From the IMG/VR virus record IMGVR_UViG_2913112809_000002: DNA of 64,000 nt; one strand, given 5' to 3'. A program made the translations under genes and the position numbers. This document shows positions 9,758-18,945 of this stretch, piece after piece. The stretch is from a virus (lineage: Duplodnaviria > Heunggongvirae > Uroviricota > Caudoviricetes). Numbering within the stretch: the stretch's first letter is position 1; the number at the start of each line of letters is the position of its first letter. The notes under the pieces were generated by a model. The model was not told the DNA's origin. It did no database searches and was given only the letters and a program-made list of their open reading frames with translations.

Positions 9758-10465
9758 ATGGTTCAGAATGAAAAAGTGCGCAAAGAATTCGCCCAGCGGC
9801 TAGCGCAAGCCTGTAAAGAAGCTGGTCTTGATGAACATGGTAGGGGGATGGCCATAGCCCGTGCCCTTTCTCTTTCGTCCAAAGGCGTTAGCAAATGGTT
9901 TAATGCTGAGTCTTTACCGCGTCAGGAAAAAATGAATGCGCTTGCGAAATTTCTAAACGTTGATGTTGTTTGGCTTCAGCACGGCACTTCGTTAAATGGA
10001 GCGAATGATGAAGATACTCTTTCATTTGTTGGCAAATTAAAAAAAGGGTTAGTGCGCGTGGTTGGTGAGGCAATTCTTGGTGTTGATGGTGCCATCGAGA
10101 TGACCGAAGAGCGCGATGGGTGGCTCAAAATTTATAGCGATGATCCTGATGCCTTTGGTCTTCGTGTGAAAGGAGACAGCATGTGGCCCAGAATAAAATC
10201 AGGAGAATATGTACTCATTGAGCCTAACACCAAAGTATTCCCGGGTGATGAGGTGTTTGTCAGAACCATCGAAGGACACAACATGATCAAGGTTCTTGGC
10301 TATGACAGAGATGGAGAATACCAATTTACAAGCATCAACCAGGACCACAGACCAATAACGTTGCCTTATCATCAAGTAGCCAAAGTGGAGTATGTGGCTG
10401 GTATTCTGAAGCAATCTCGCCATCTGGATGACATCGAGGCAAGGGAGTGGCTGAGAGATTCCTGA
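9758..10465 (+). CDS. cI: CI repressor (HTH + S24 LexA-like peptidase)
   Basis: 235 aa; N-terminal HTH, C-terminal GDSM...K autocleavage domain. Confidence 0.9.
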   Translation: MVQNEKVRKEFAQRLAQACKEAGLDEHGRGMAIARALSLSSKGVSKWFNAESLPRQEKMNALAKFLNVDVVWLQHGTSLNGANDEDTLSFVGKLKKGLVRVVGEAILGVDGAIEMTEERDGWLKIYSDDPDAFGLRVKGDSMWPRIKSGEYVLIEPNTKVFPGDEVFVRTIEGHNMIKVLGYDRDGEYQFTSINQDHRPITLPYHQVAKVEYVAGILKQSRHLDDIEAREWLRDS

Positions 10466-10571
10466 CATCAAAGTCATAGAGTGAGTTTTCTAGTTAGAAA
10501 TAGTGGTCAATGGGTACGCGTAGGTAAACCGTTTAAACATAATAAACAAGCCATATAAGATGAAATAAATC

Positions 10572-10928
10572 ATGAGCGATAAAGAGTTTAAAGTACTTAA
10601 TTTTGATGACTTTGCTCATTATTTGAGCACATTGAACGGCGAACAAATTTGTCCAATGTGTATGGAAGAGTCATGGACGCTTTTCACCCCAAACAAGCTT
10701 CCTCCAGAAGACGAGGATAGGTATGTAATAAGTTCTATCCCAGGATCACTTATTTCAAGTAAAAGACCTGAAAAATCAAATCTCTTCTTCAGAAGTTACA
10801 ACAACGATGTCCTCCTGATGCAATGCAGAAATTGTGGATACATGGCATTTTTTAATTATAAAAAAGTCCAAGAAAACCTTGAGTCAGGGGATTATATAAA
10901 AAAAAGAAGATATAGATATGGTGGATGA
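10572..10928 (+). CDS. Hypothetical zinc-ribbon protein (cargo at rexA position)
   Basis: 118 aa, CPMC and CRNC pairs; AT-rich; stop overlaps next start (ATGA). Confidence 0.55.
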   Translation: MSDKEFKVLNFDDFAHYLSTLNGEQICPMCMEESWTLFTPNKLPPEDEDRYVISSIPGSLISSKRPEKSNLFFRSYNNDVLLMQCRNCGYMAFFNYKKVQENLESGDYIKKRRYRYGG

Positions 10929-11410
10929 AAATGACAAATCAGAAGACTGATTTCTTCCGTCCAATGGAGTATGATAACAAATATGAGCAATTTGGTGTTA
11001 TAGAAGCACACAGGAATGGTCGCTCTACTCCGTCATATCAGCCAGGCACCATTGGTAAGGATATCCCGGTTATTATTGCGCATAAGTTAAGCGATCAACC
11101 AGCAGAGGGTGAGTCACAGATGAGCGTAAAATCACTGTCACGTTGGGAGTTTTGGCTAGGGATTTTCACTGCCATTATTGGGATATTTTCCATTGTTGTA
11201 GGAGCAACGTGGACAATTTCTAATAATATCAATGATAAGATTAATGCATCAAGACAAGAGCTAACTGGGAACATCCAATCCAGTCGAGCAGAAATCACGG
11301 CAAGAATTGACAGGCTCGAAGATAAGATGGAGTCTAATTTCAAAGAAACATCATCGAGCCTGTTCAAAATACAGGCAATTCTAGAAGCAAAATCCGACAA
11401 AGAAAAATAA
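10925..11410 (+). CDS. Hypothetical single-pass membrane protein with coiled-coil C-terminus (cargo at rexB position)
   Basis: 161 aa, TM segment WEFWLGIFTAIIGIFSIVVGATW, heptad-like C-terminus; followed by terminator. Confidence 0.55.
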   Translation: MKMTNQKTDFFRPMEYDNKYEQFGVIEAHRNGRSTPSYQPGTIGKDIPVIIAHKLSDQPAEGESQMSVKSLSRWEFWLGIFTAIIGIFSIVVGATWTISNNINDKINASRQELTGNIQSSRAEITARIDRLEDKMESNFKETSSSLFKIQAILEAKSDKEK

Positions 11411-11416
11411 GAAAGT

Positions 11417-11440
11417 CCGGCCTCAGCGCCGGGTTTTCTT
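11417..11440 (+). terminator. Intrinsic terminator after cI/cargo operon
   Basis: ccggc-ctcagc-gccgg hairpin followed by gttttcttt. Confidence 0.55.
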
Positions 11441-11594
11441 TGCCTCACGTTCCCCACACCTAATAACACATTAACCAATTGTATTTATTGAAAAATTGAT
11501 AGATACAACTTGCTAAACCACGAAATTCTGATCCCTGCCGCATAACCTTCATCCGCAACATTTACAAAAATAAATTTCCTTATATATCAAAATC

Positions 11595-11665
11595 ATATTT
11601 CGTAGAGTTAATAAACCACAAAAATTTCGTACCAATAGTTCTTGATAATGTCGAACTATTGGTTC
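11595..11665. promoter_or_regulatory. OL/PL region
   Basis: Half-sites ttcgtag and ttcgtac matching OR half-site ttcgtac; 11-bp inverted repeat accaatagttc/gaactattggt at 11631..11663. Confidence 0.4.
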
Positions 11666-11714
11666 ATTATTATCGCCATCAGCAGGAAGCTGGAAGCCAA
11701 ACGGAACAGATTGG

Positions 11715-11751
11715 CATGCTCTTTAACTTCGATGGGGCGCTGACAAAGCGC
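11715..11751 (+). promoter_or_regulatory. nutL (boxA gctctttaa; boxB gcgctgacaaagcgc, P22-type)
   Basis: boxB hairpin GCGC-TGACAAA-GCGC at 11737..11751 upstream of N. Confidence 0.6.
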
Positions 11752-11870
11752 AAACAGATACCAAACGAGATGGGTTTGGCGGTGATGTGAATTGCAGCTG
11801 CAACGACAGCAACCAGAAGATCAGCATCTGGCGCATCACCACCAAAGCCATTTCACATGAGGAAAACATC

Positions 11871-12206
11871 ATGACGGTAATCGTGTACGGAAAATCAACA
11901 TTTGCAGGAAATGCCAAAACTCGCCGTCATGAGCGGCGCAGAAAGCTTGCTATTGAGCGTGATGCTATCTGTAACATCATTGATTCTATCTTCGGCACAG
12001 ATAGTGAGGAACCTGTTCAGGAGGCCCCAAGAAAGCGTTTAAGCCTTTCTGAAAAAGCAATATCACTCGGAAGCCTTCGCTGCAAGAAGGCAGAAGAAGT
12101 CGAGCGTAAACAGAACCGTATTTACTACAGCAAGCCACGCAGTGAAATGGGTGTGACCTGTGTCGGTCGCCAGAAAATGAAATTAGGCAGCAAACCACTT
12201 ATTTGA
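11871..12206 (+). CDS. N: Antiterminator N (P22 gene 24-like arginine-rich motif, lambda-like C-terminus)
   Basis: ARM GNAKTRRHERRRKLAIERD; C-terminus YSKPRSEMGVTCVGRQKMKLGSKPLI resembles lambda N; SD gagga before ATG. Confidence 0.75.
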   Translation: MTVIVYGKSTFAGNAKTRRHERRRKLAIERDAICNIIDSIFGTDSEEPVQEAPRKRLSLSEKAISLGSLRCKKAEEVERKQNRIYYSKPRSEMGVTCVGRQKMKLGSKPLI

Positions 12207-12216
12207 GGACTGATAC

Positions 12217-12459
12217 ATGAGAGTAAAAACTATGGGCGCAAGCCCATTAAGCGGTCGTATTTTTCAAGGAACATTAAACACTGAAAAAGGAATGTGGGTA
12301 GGAAAAAAAGAAGATGTAACCGAACAGGCAGTTAAGGCAGTAACTGAACACCTGATGATAAAAGACCGGAAATATGCATACGAAACGAATGATGGCAAAT
12401 GGGTGATAATAATGCATCAACTGGTTGATGAATTACCAGAAGAGTTTATTGCTGATTAA
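12217..12459 (+). CDS. Hypothetical protein
   Basis: 80-aa ORF directly after N, AT-rich. Confidence 0.4.
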   Translation: MRVKTMGASPLSGRIFQGTLNTEKGMWVGKKEDVTEQAVKAVTEHLMIKDRKYAYETNDGKWVIIMHQLVDELPEEFIAD

Positions 12460-12490
12460 AATTATTTTGGCATAAACAACAGAAGCGAAG

Positions 12491-12688
12491 ATGTTGACAG
12501 TTGGTAAGTCATATTCAACTAAAAATGGAAAGACATTTAGTTGTGAAAAAGATATTGGAGAAATAGACACCATCTTTCCATTTGGTGGATGGGTATACAA
12601 TTCTGATGGAAGCAAAGACAGATTTGCATATTACACCAGAGGAGGTGCTTATAAACCAACCAAATCAGAATATGACTTAATTATTTAG
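12491..12688 (+). CDS. Hypothetical protein
   Basis: 65-aa ORF, AT-rich. Confidence 0.35.
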   Translation: MLTVGKSYSTKNGKTFSCEKDIGEIDTIFPFGGWVYNSDGSKDRFAYYTRGGAYKPTKSEYDLII

Positions 12689-12834
12689 CACAGAGAAGCA
12701 CTGTGTATTCATTCCAACGAGTGAATACACGGAGCAATGTCGCTCGTAACTAAACAGGAGCCGACTTGTTCTGATTATTGGAAATCTTCTTTGCCCTCCA
12801 GTGTGAGGGCAATTTTTTTGACGGAGAAATTATG

Positions 12835-13248
12835 AAAATTACAGATATTCTGGTTAATCCAGATAATTACGACCAATTCAATATCTCTACTAAATCGGTT
12901 GATTTGGGATGTGCAACTGTCAGCGCATGGCTACTTAATGGTAAACAGTTGGATAAATGCCTTGATGCACATATGACGGTTAACAGCTTCCTTGCAGAAA
13001 AGACACACTGGCAAGATGCTGGAGGGAAATATGCTGGATGGCTTGAAAGCATGGGATTTGAATATCAATCTGATGAAGGTTGGTGGAGCCTCATAGCTGT
13101 AACGCCTGAGACAATAGAATGCTTCGTTAAATACTCAAACGACGATGACTATAAACACCAGGTAGATTCTGCGATAGAAAGATATAGAAGAAAATCATTC
13201 AACCACGAAATATCATCAGTTCTTGATTTCATAGAAGTATTCAAATAA
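12835..13248 (+). CDS. Hypothetical protein
   Basis: 137 aa from MKITDILVNPDNYDQ..., SD ggag before ATG; preceded by hairpin and T-run at 12788..12823. Confidence 0.45.
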   Translation, partial: KITDILVNPDNYDQFNISTKSVDLGCATVSAWLLNGKQLDKCLDAHMTVNSFLAEKTHWQDAGGKYAGWLESMGFEYQSDEGWWSLIAVTPETIECFVKYSNDDDYKHQVDSAIERYRRKSFNHEISSVLDFIEVFK

Positions 13249-13331
13249 GCCGCCAAGAGCGGCTTTACCGCATACCAATAATGCTTCACCCGAGGCATTT
13301 CCGTTATGTGTAAATAAATAAGGAGCACACC

Positions 13332-13472
13332 ATGCAATATGTCATTGCAGGGTGGCCTGTTGCTGGCTGCCCTTCCGAATCTTTACTTGAACGAATCACC
13401 CGTAAATTACGTGACGGATGGAAACGCCTTATCGACATACTTAATCAGCCGGGAGTTCCAAAAAATGGATAA
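13332..13472 (+). CDS. cIII: CIII (protease FtsH inhibitor)
   Basis: Manual translation MQYVIAGWPVAGCPSESLLERITRKLRDGWKRLIDILNQPGVPKNG matches lambda CIII. Confidence 0.85.
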   Translation: MQYVIAGWPVAGCPSESLLERITRKLRDGWKRLIDILNQPGVPKNG

Positions 13473-13578
13473 AACACTTATGGCTATCCAGACTAAATTC
13501 ACTATCGCCACTTTTATTGGCGATGAAAAGATGTTTCGTGAGGCCGTCGAAGCCTACAGGAAATGGAGGTCAAAATGA
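13465..13578 (+). CDS. kil: Kil-like host-killing protein
   Basis: MDKTLMAIQTKFTIATFIGDEKMFREAVEAYRKWRSK; overlaps cIII end as in lambda. Confidence 0.55.
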   Translation: MDKTLMAIQTKFTIATFIGDEKMFREAVEAYRKWRSK

Positions 13579-13763
13579 TTCCGGTAGAACTGGCGAAAAC
13601 TCCAGAGTTAAGTCGATTAAAAAGAGAATATCACATTGCTGAGGCTCGTTACTGGCGTAAAGCGGGAGATAAATCAAAGAAACAACTTTGTTTATGGCAG
13701 GCACAAAGAGAGCGCATGAATGAGCGCGAGTTTCTTTCCTCCCCATCCGAATTACCATTCTGA
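13575..13763 (+). CDS. Hypothetical protein
   Basis: ATGA overlap with kil, SD ggagg. Confidence 0.35.
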   Translation: MIPVELAKTPELSRLKREYHIAEARYWRKAGDKSKKQLCLWQAQRERMNEREFLSSPSELPF

Positions 13764-13771
13764 GGCAAATT

Positions 13772-14452
13772 ATGGGAACTGCGACATTAATACTCGGTGA
13801 GTCTGGCACCGGAAAATCAACCAGCATGAGAAATATCAATCCCGAGGAAGCAATACTTATAAAACCAATAGGCAAGCCGCTACCATTTAAATCAAAAGAC
13901 TGGCTTGCATGGGATGCCAGAGCAAAAAAAGGAACCGTAGTTACCACTGACAAATGGGACGTAATAGTTGCCGTAATTAAGCGTGCTCACGAATACGGGA
14001 AAAGAATCGTTATTGTTGATGACTTCCAGTATGTGATGAGCAATGAGTTTATGCGCCGCTCAGAAGAAAAATCGTTTGATAAATTTACTGAGATAGGCCG
14101 CCACGCATGGGAGGTGATTAAGGCTGCACAGGATGCGCCTGATGACCTGAGAGTCTATTTTCTTGCCCATACCGAAGAAACCCCTATGGGGCGTGTGAAA
14201 ATGAAGACTATCGGCAAAATGCTGGACGAGAAAATCACTGTCGAAGGCATGTTTACTATAGTTCTTCGCACTCTTACCCGCGATGACCAGTTCTTTTTCA
14301 CCACGAAAAACAACGGTGCAGACACTGTTAAATCCCCAATGGGAATGTTTGATTCCAATGAGATTGATAACGATCTCTCTTTCGTCGATGCCACTGTTTG
14401 TGATTACTACGGCATCAATAATGTTCATCAAATTAAGGAAAACGCCGCATGA
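13772..14452 (+). CDS. P-loop ATPase (AAA_24/Sak4-like recombination-associated ATPase)
   Basis: Walker A GESGTGKS, Walker B RIVIVDDF; position of recombination module. Confidence 0.55.
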   Translation: MGTATLILGESGTGKSTSMRNINPEEAILIKPIGKPLPFKSKDWLAWDARAKKGTVVTTDKWDVIVAVIKRAHEYGKRIVIVDDFQYVMSNEFMRRSEEKSFDKFTEIGRHAWEVIKAAQDAPDDLRVYFLAHTEETPMGRVKMKTIGKMLDEKITVEGMFTIVLRTLTRDDQFFFTTKNNGADTVKSPMGMFDSNEIDNDLSFVDATVCDYYGINNVHQIKENAA

Positions 14453-15036
14453 GCAACGTGATTTTTACTTATAACGAAGAAGCAGCACTGACCGCAGGAC
14501 AAGGTGGTTTTATTAATGAAACTGGCGCTCATATTATTACCATTACTGAAGCAGAACTAAAGCAATCAGAAAAAGGAGCCAAATTTATTGAGTTTTCTGG
14601 AGAATCCGACGACGGACGTAAAATCCAATATCTTAGCGTTTGTGTTCAGAAAAATGACGGCACGGAAAACAAATTTGGCGCAAATGTCGTTCACGCCATG
14701 ATGGGGTGTGCCGGGATTGGGCAATTAACGCAACATATGGTTTCCGCCAGTAAATTTGTTGCACCTGAATTTCATGGAAAGAAAATCGGGTTAGTGCTCC
14801 AGAAAGTATTAACCACAAACAAAAAGACTGGCGCAGACAGCTACCAGATGGAAATACGCATCCCGTTTATTGCACAAACAGGTCAAACCCTTAAAGAAAA
14901 GGCGGAAGGCAAGCAACCAGAAACTATCGCCAACATGGTTGCCAGCCTCAAAGATAAAGACAATCGCTCTAAAAACGTAAGCCAGAATCATGCAGATGAT
15001 TATGGTTACAGCCAGAACGATTACCCTCCTTTCTGA
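14449..15036 (+). CDS. Hypothetical protein (DUF669-like partner of AAA_24 ATPase, by recollection)
   Basis: 195 aa, translationally coupled to the ATPase. Confidence 0.4.
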   Translation: MSNVIFTYNEEAALTAGQGGFINETGAHIITITEAELKQSEKGAKFIEFSGESDDGRKIQYLSVCVQKNDGTENKFGANVVHAMMGCAGIGQLTQHMVSASKFVAPEFHGKKIGLVLQKVLTTNKKTGADSYQMEIRIPFIAQTGQTLKEKAEGKQPETIANMVASLKDKDNRSKNVSQNHADDYGYSQNDYPPF

Positions 15037-15059
15037 TTATTGAAAATAAGGCTCCCATT

Positions 15060-15356
15060 ATGCCAGCGCCTCTGTATGGTGCGGATGACCCGCGCCGCTG
15101 TTCCGGCAATTCCGTATTGGAGGTGCTGGATAAATTCAGAAAAAACTACGACCTGATAATGTCGCTACCGCAGGAAACGAAAGAGGAAAAGGAATTTCGC
15201 CATTGTATATGGCTTGCAGAGAAAGAAGAACGCGAGCGAATTTACCAGACATTAATCCGACCATTCCGCAAAGCCACATATACCCACTTCCCTGAATATA
15301 TCGACTCGCGCCTACGTAATTACCGCTCACGCTATGGCGCTATCAGTAATGACTGA
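15060..15356 (+). CDS. Hypothetical protein
   Basis: 98-aa ORF. Confidence 0.35.
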   Translation: MPAPLYGADDPRRCSGNSVLEVLDKFRKNYDLIMSLPQETKEEKEFRHCIWLAEKEERERIYQTLIRPFRKATYTHFPEYIDSRLRNYRSRYGAISND

Positions 15357-15543
15357 GGAATTTACCATGAGAGGACTTGCATACAATCCCGGCATTCTTC
15401 CGGCAGAAATGATTATTCGCCAACGCGTAAAGCCAATGCCATCAAGAGAGGAATTACTTAAGAGAAATAGTTTCGGTTCTGTTAACGACAACAGATATCT
15501 TGAAATGATTTTGAGGAGTAAGAAGGATTATGTCAAAAAATGA
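15334..15543 (+). CDS. Hypothetical protein
   Basis: 69-aa ORF. Confidence 0.3.
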   Translation: MALSVMTEEFTMRGLAYNPGILPAEMIIRQRVKPMPSREELLKRNSFGSVNDNRYLEMILRSKKDYVKK

Positions 15544-16108
15544 CATTTCATATGAATACCTCATTAGCAACATTCACTACGATAAAGAAACTGGGGTTTT
15601 CAAGAAGATAATTAAATCAAATAATGGGGATATAATTGGTTTCAAACCAACTGGCTGTACGCACTCGATGGGATACATAAGGATATATATTAATAAAAAA
15701 TGGTATTTAGCGCACAGACTAGCTTGGTTATATGTTACCGGGAAATGGCCAGTAAATGTAATTGATCACATCAACAGAAATAAAGCTGACAACAGGTTTA
15801 TTAACCTACGAGATGTCTCCAGTAGGGAAAACAATAGCAATACAAGTAGAAATAAAGGAACTGAAATAGGCACAGAAAGGTGTGCTTATGGATGGAGAGC
15901 ATACATAGGTGTTAATGGAAAACTACATCACCTTGGCTCATATGCAACATGTGATGGTGCAAAATATGCGTATGCTCTAGCAAAATATCAAGTAGAAATA
16001 TATGGTTACCTGCGCCCCACACCAATCGATTGCAGAAAATTAAATTACGGAAACAGGGGGAATCGTAATGGAAATCCTAAATCAAACCGTCGCAAGTTCC
16101 ATCAGTGA
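15530..16108 (+). CDS. HNH homing endonuclease
   Basis: [16 protein letters not shown]...[20 protein letters not shown] motif; AT-rich insertion-like. Confidence 0.75.
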   Translation: MSKNDISYEYLISNIHYDKETGVFKKIIKSNNGDIIGFKPTGCTHSMGYIRIYINKKWYLAHRLAWLYVTGKWPVNVIDHINRNKADNRFINLRDVSSRENNSNTSRNKGTEIGTERCAYGWRAYIGVNGKLHHLGSYATCDGAKYAYALAKYQVEIYGYLRPTPIDCRKLNYGNRGNRNGNPKSNRRKFHQ

Positions 16109-16631
16109 ATCAAAACAAATATCTGAATGCGATGTGGCGGAGTGGGAAGAAATGAAACAAATGTCACTAATTGAGATGGATGGATTTCTGAAAGGTAAAT
16201 GCATCCCAAGTGATTTAAAGGTTAACGAAACAAACGCTGAATATCTGGTGCGTAAATTTGCTGAAGCAGAGGCCAAGTGCGCGGCGCTGGCAGCGGAGAA
16301 TGCGAGACTGAAGGTGATGTGTGAGGACCGCCGCAGGTTCATCATGAAAGGGGTGCAACTGGGGTATATCAAGGTGCCAAAAGCGGAAACAGATCCGGAC
16401 CTTGAGACAATTCGCATTGCTATATCACCACAAAAGCCCATTCCAGCCACCGATGCTTTCCTGGCTGAAGTACGGGCGCAGGGCGTGGAGATGCTGGCAA
16501 AAAATCATCAGAGTATCGTCAATGCACTTAAGGGAGATTCTTTATTTTCTGATGGTGAATACCGACATGCAGCTATTGTTTCCGCAGCTGTATATTTCGC
16601 CGCCCAGCTTCGCAAAGGAGGCAACCAGTGA
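16068..16631 (+). CDS. Ea22-like protein, N/middle part
   Basis: Shares ALAAENARLK..CDDRRRFIM..VQLG.IK...ETIRIAISPQKP motif with 62794..63372. Confidence 0.45.
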   Translation: MEILNQTVASSISESKQISECDVAEWEEMKQMSLIEMDGFLKGKCIPSDLKVNETNAEYLVRKFAEAEAKCAALAAENARLKVMCEDRRRFIMKGVQLGYIKVPKAETDPDLETIRIAISPQKPIPATDAFLAEVRAQGVEMLAKNHQSIVNALKGDSLFSDGEYRHAAIVSAAVYFAAQLRKGGNQ

Positions 16632-17113
16632 CTGGACATGCAACAATCCTCGACATGTGCTGTGGCAGTCGCATGTTCTGGTTCGATAAGAATGACGACC
16701 GGGCGATATTTAGCGATATCAGAAAAGAAGAGCACACATTGTGTGATGGACGACGCCTGATTATCAGTCCTGACCTGATAGCAGATTTTCGAGCATTACC
16801 ATTTGCAGACGCATCGTTTCCGGTTGTTGTATTCGACCCTCCGCATCTTGAGCGTGTTGGTGATAAAGCCTGGATGGGAAAGAAATATGGACGGCTGAAT
16901 AAAGATACCTGGCGTGATGATTTGCGGCAGGGATTTAAAGAAGCCTTTCGTGTGTTGTGGCCACATGGCGTTATGATTTTTAAATGGAATGAAACACAAA
17001 TACCTGTTCGCCAGATATTGGCACTGACCGACAGAAAGCCTGTTATCGGTCAACGAACAGGAAAGGGTGACAAGACCCACTGGATTATTTTTATGAAGGA
17101 GGGCAACCAGTGA
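16628..17113 (+). CDS. Putative DNA methyltransferase
   Basis: SAM-binding-like DMCCGSRMF and catalytic-like VVVFDPPH motifs; GTG start. Confidence 0.5.
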   Translation: MTGHATILDMCCGSRMFWFDKNDDRAIFSDIRKEEHTLCDGRRLIISPDLIADFRALPFADASFPVVVFDPPHLERVGDKAWMGKKYGRLNKDTWRDDLRQGFKEAFRVLWPHGVMIFKWNETQIPVRQILALTDRKPVIGQRTGKGDKTHWIIFMKEGNQ

Positions 17114-17310
17114 GCAAGATTGACTACCAGGAATTGGCTGCTGCTAACGCTTTCTTGGCGGATGTGCGGGCTGGGGCGTTTAACGACCTTTGCGCGGCGT
17201 TTGTCAGGAACGCAAAAATTGCAGGACTGGACGATGGCGATCTCGTTACGGTGAAAGAAGCGACCGATGCTCTGCTGCATTGTGTGGAACAGCTTCGCGC
17301 TCCAGAATAA
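17110..17310 (+). CDS. Ea22-like protein, short C-terminal form
   Basis: MSKIDYQ...AFNDLCAAFVRNAKIAGLDD...DALLHCVEQLRAPE homologous to ends of 62794..63372. Confidence 0.45.
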   Translation: MSKIDYQELAAANAFLADVRAGAFNDLCAAFVRNAKIAGLDDGDLVTVKEATDALLHCVEQLRAPE

Positions 17311-17840
17311 TTAAATTTAGTACTGTAAATAAAATTTAATCCTTAACCGGAGGGATTTCTGCACCCTCAGAACATCAGGAGGCCGCCCGAAAGGGCGGTA
17401 ATAAAAATGGCAGAATTAACTAAAGAATGGTTGCAACAAACAATTACTGATATTCAGGTCAATTGAGGTGAGAAACGCGGATGGAAAATTGTTTAGTGCC
17501 GTATCTGGTGCGGTTCGGGGCGTCGTCGTTAACAGTTGTGCCGCATGTCCTGGTGGCTGACAACGTCATCCCGGCACCGAAACGTCGTACCGGTATTGCA
17601 GCGGCACGCCGTGCAGCAAAGAAACGCAGGAGAGCAAAGCGATGAAAAACCGTAAAGCAAAACTGCTTACAGCAAAGCCCGGGCAGCTTATCCGCATCTC
17701 AAATCGACTTGTTGTTCGTTATGCGCCTTCTGGCCTTGCCAGGTGGTTACCAACGCATTTTTACGGTGTCAGGCGACGTAGAAGTGCGGCACAAAACCGC
17801 TGGAGAAATCACGGTTCTAGGCAAATTAAATGGGAGTGAT

Positions 17841-18059
17841 ATGACTACACTATTCAGGAAAAATTATCCGCGAAAGAGCAGAGCAACAGAATTCCTGTTT
17901 CTCATTCTGTTTATCGTGTTGATGATACCGATATCCCCGTTAATTCTGGTATGGGGAATCGGGAAAATAATTGAGCCAGTTATTGAATTGTATAACGACG
18001 TGGTATGGGCGTCGTTCAACGCACTACACAATAAAATTAATCCGTATAAGGAAAACTGA
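17841..18059 (+). CDS. Small membrane protein
   Basis: 72 aa from MTTLFRKNYP..., TM FLFLILFIVLMIPISPLILVWGIG, SD before ATG. Confidence 0.35.
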   Translation: MTTLFRKNYPRKSRATEFLFLILFIVLMIPISPLILVWGIGKIIEPVIELYNDVVWASFNALHNKINPYKEN

Positions 18060-18060
18060 T

Positions 18061-18591
18061 ATGACCACTATTACGAGAGAAAGCGCGGAGATTAAATCAT
18101 TCATCACTGGCTTCCTGAGCGACGCGGCGCACGATAACCAATCGTCAAACAGTCTGCTTGCTAATGTGTTTCGTATCGCACTGGCATCGCTGGAAGCAGA
18201 GCCGGTGGCGTGGAAGGCAACCTTCACGCAAATTGACAATGAATATAATACGTTCACTGCTCTGTATTCTGACAAAGCAGAAGTCGAACGGTGGGTGCGA
18301 CTGCATGAAATAGGTGACTTTCGGGCAGAAATAACACCGCTTTATACAGCCCAACCAGCGCCGGTAGCTCCAGATGGTTGGATAAGCTGTAGTGATGCAG
18401 TTCCTGCGGAATACTGCGATGTGATTCTTCGCGATGATCTCGGGAATGTATTCCCCGGTTCCTGGGATAAGGTTTTTTGCCCCATTCGTGGCGGGAATAA
18501 GATGGCTTTTGTGGACAAAGACGGCATCGAAGTAGAGAGCTCAACTCACTGGATGCCGCTACCGGAACCACCGCAGGAGGTGAATCGATGA
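18061..18591 (+). CDS. DUF551-like early-left protein
   Basis: MTTITRESAEIKSF...IALASLEAEPVAWK...; paralog of 63470..64000. Confidence 0.55.
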   Translation: MTTITRESAEIKSFITGFLSDAAHDNQSSNSLLANVFRIALASLEAEPVAWKATFTQIDNEYNTFTALYSDKAEVERWVRLHEIGDFRAEITPLYTAQPAPVAPDGWISCSDAVPAEYCDVILRDDLGNVFPGSWDKVFCPIRGGNKMAFVDKDGIEVESSTHWMPLPEPPQEVNR

Positions 18592-18755
18592 CCTGGCCTG
18601 AAGCATTCACAACGGTAGGAATTGCAATGGCGGTGGCGCTGGTGGTGTATTCGATTTGCCGCTGGGGTTGACGTAATTACTAATCCGGGGCTATATTTCC
18701 GACGCGCCAGCAAAATCTGGCGTCGGGATTAGCACCCCGGATGTTTACGGAGCGA

Positions 18756-18781
18756 TATGAGACGCGCCCGCGTCTTTTTTT
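18756..18781 (+). terminator. Intrinsic terminator ending early-left operon
   Basis: agacgcg-ccc-cgcgtct hairpin followed by T7. Confidence 0.55.
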
Positions 18782-18945
18782 CATATCGTTTGCACAGTCA
18801 CATTCGCGATTTATGGCGGGCTGTGTGGGGGAGCCGAAAGGCTCGCCGGTTTCCGTACCCGGTAGTGCTAACCCCGCACAGTTCGCCACCACGATGATTA
18901 GCACCTGACGGTGGCGATAATGTCCAAATGTACGGAGTAATCGTT

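Larger units (their letters stand above)
1..18785. mobile_element. Lambdoid prophage A, reverse orientation (late/lysis, Q, nin, replication, cro on minus; cI, N, cIII and early-left genes on plus); continues beyond window start; no integrase found
   Basis: Contiguous lambda/P21/P22-like gene order from Rz to cro on minus and cI to DUF551 on plus; early-left operon ends at terminator ~18756..18781. Confidence 0.7.
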
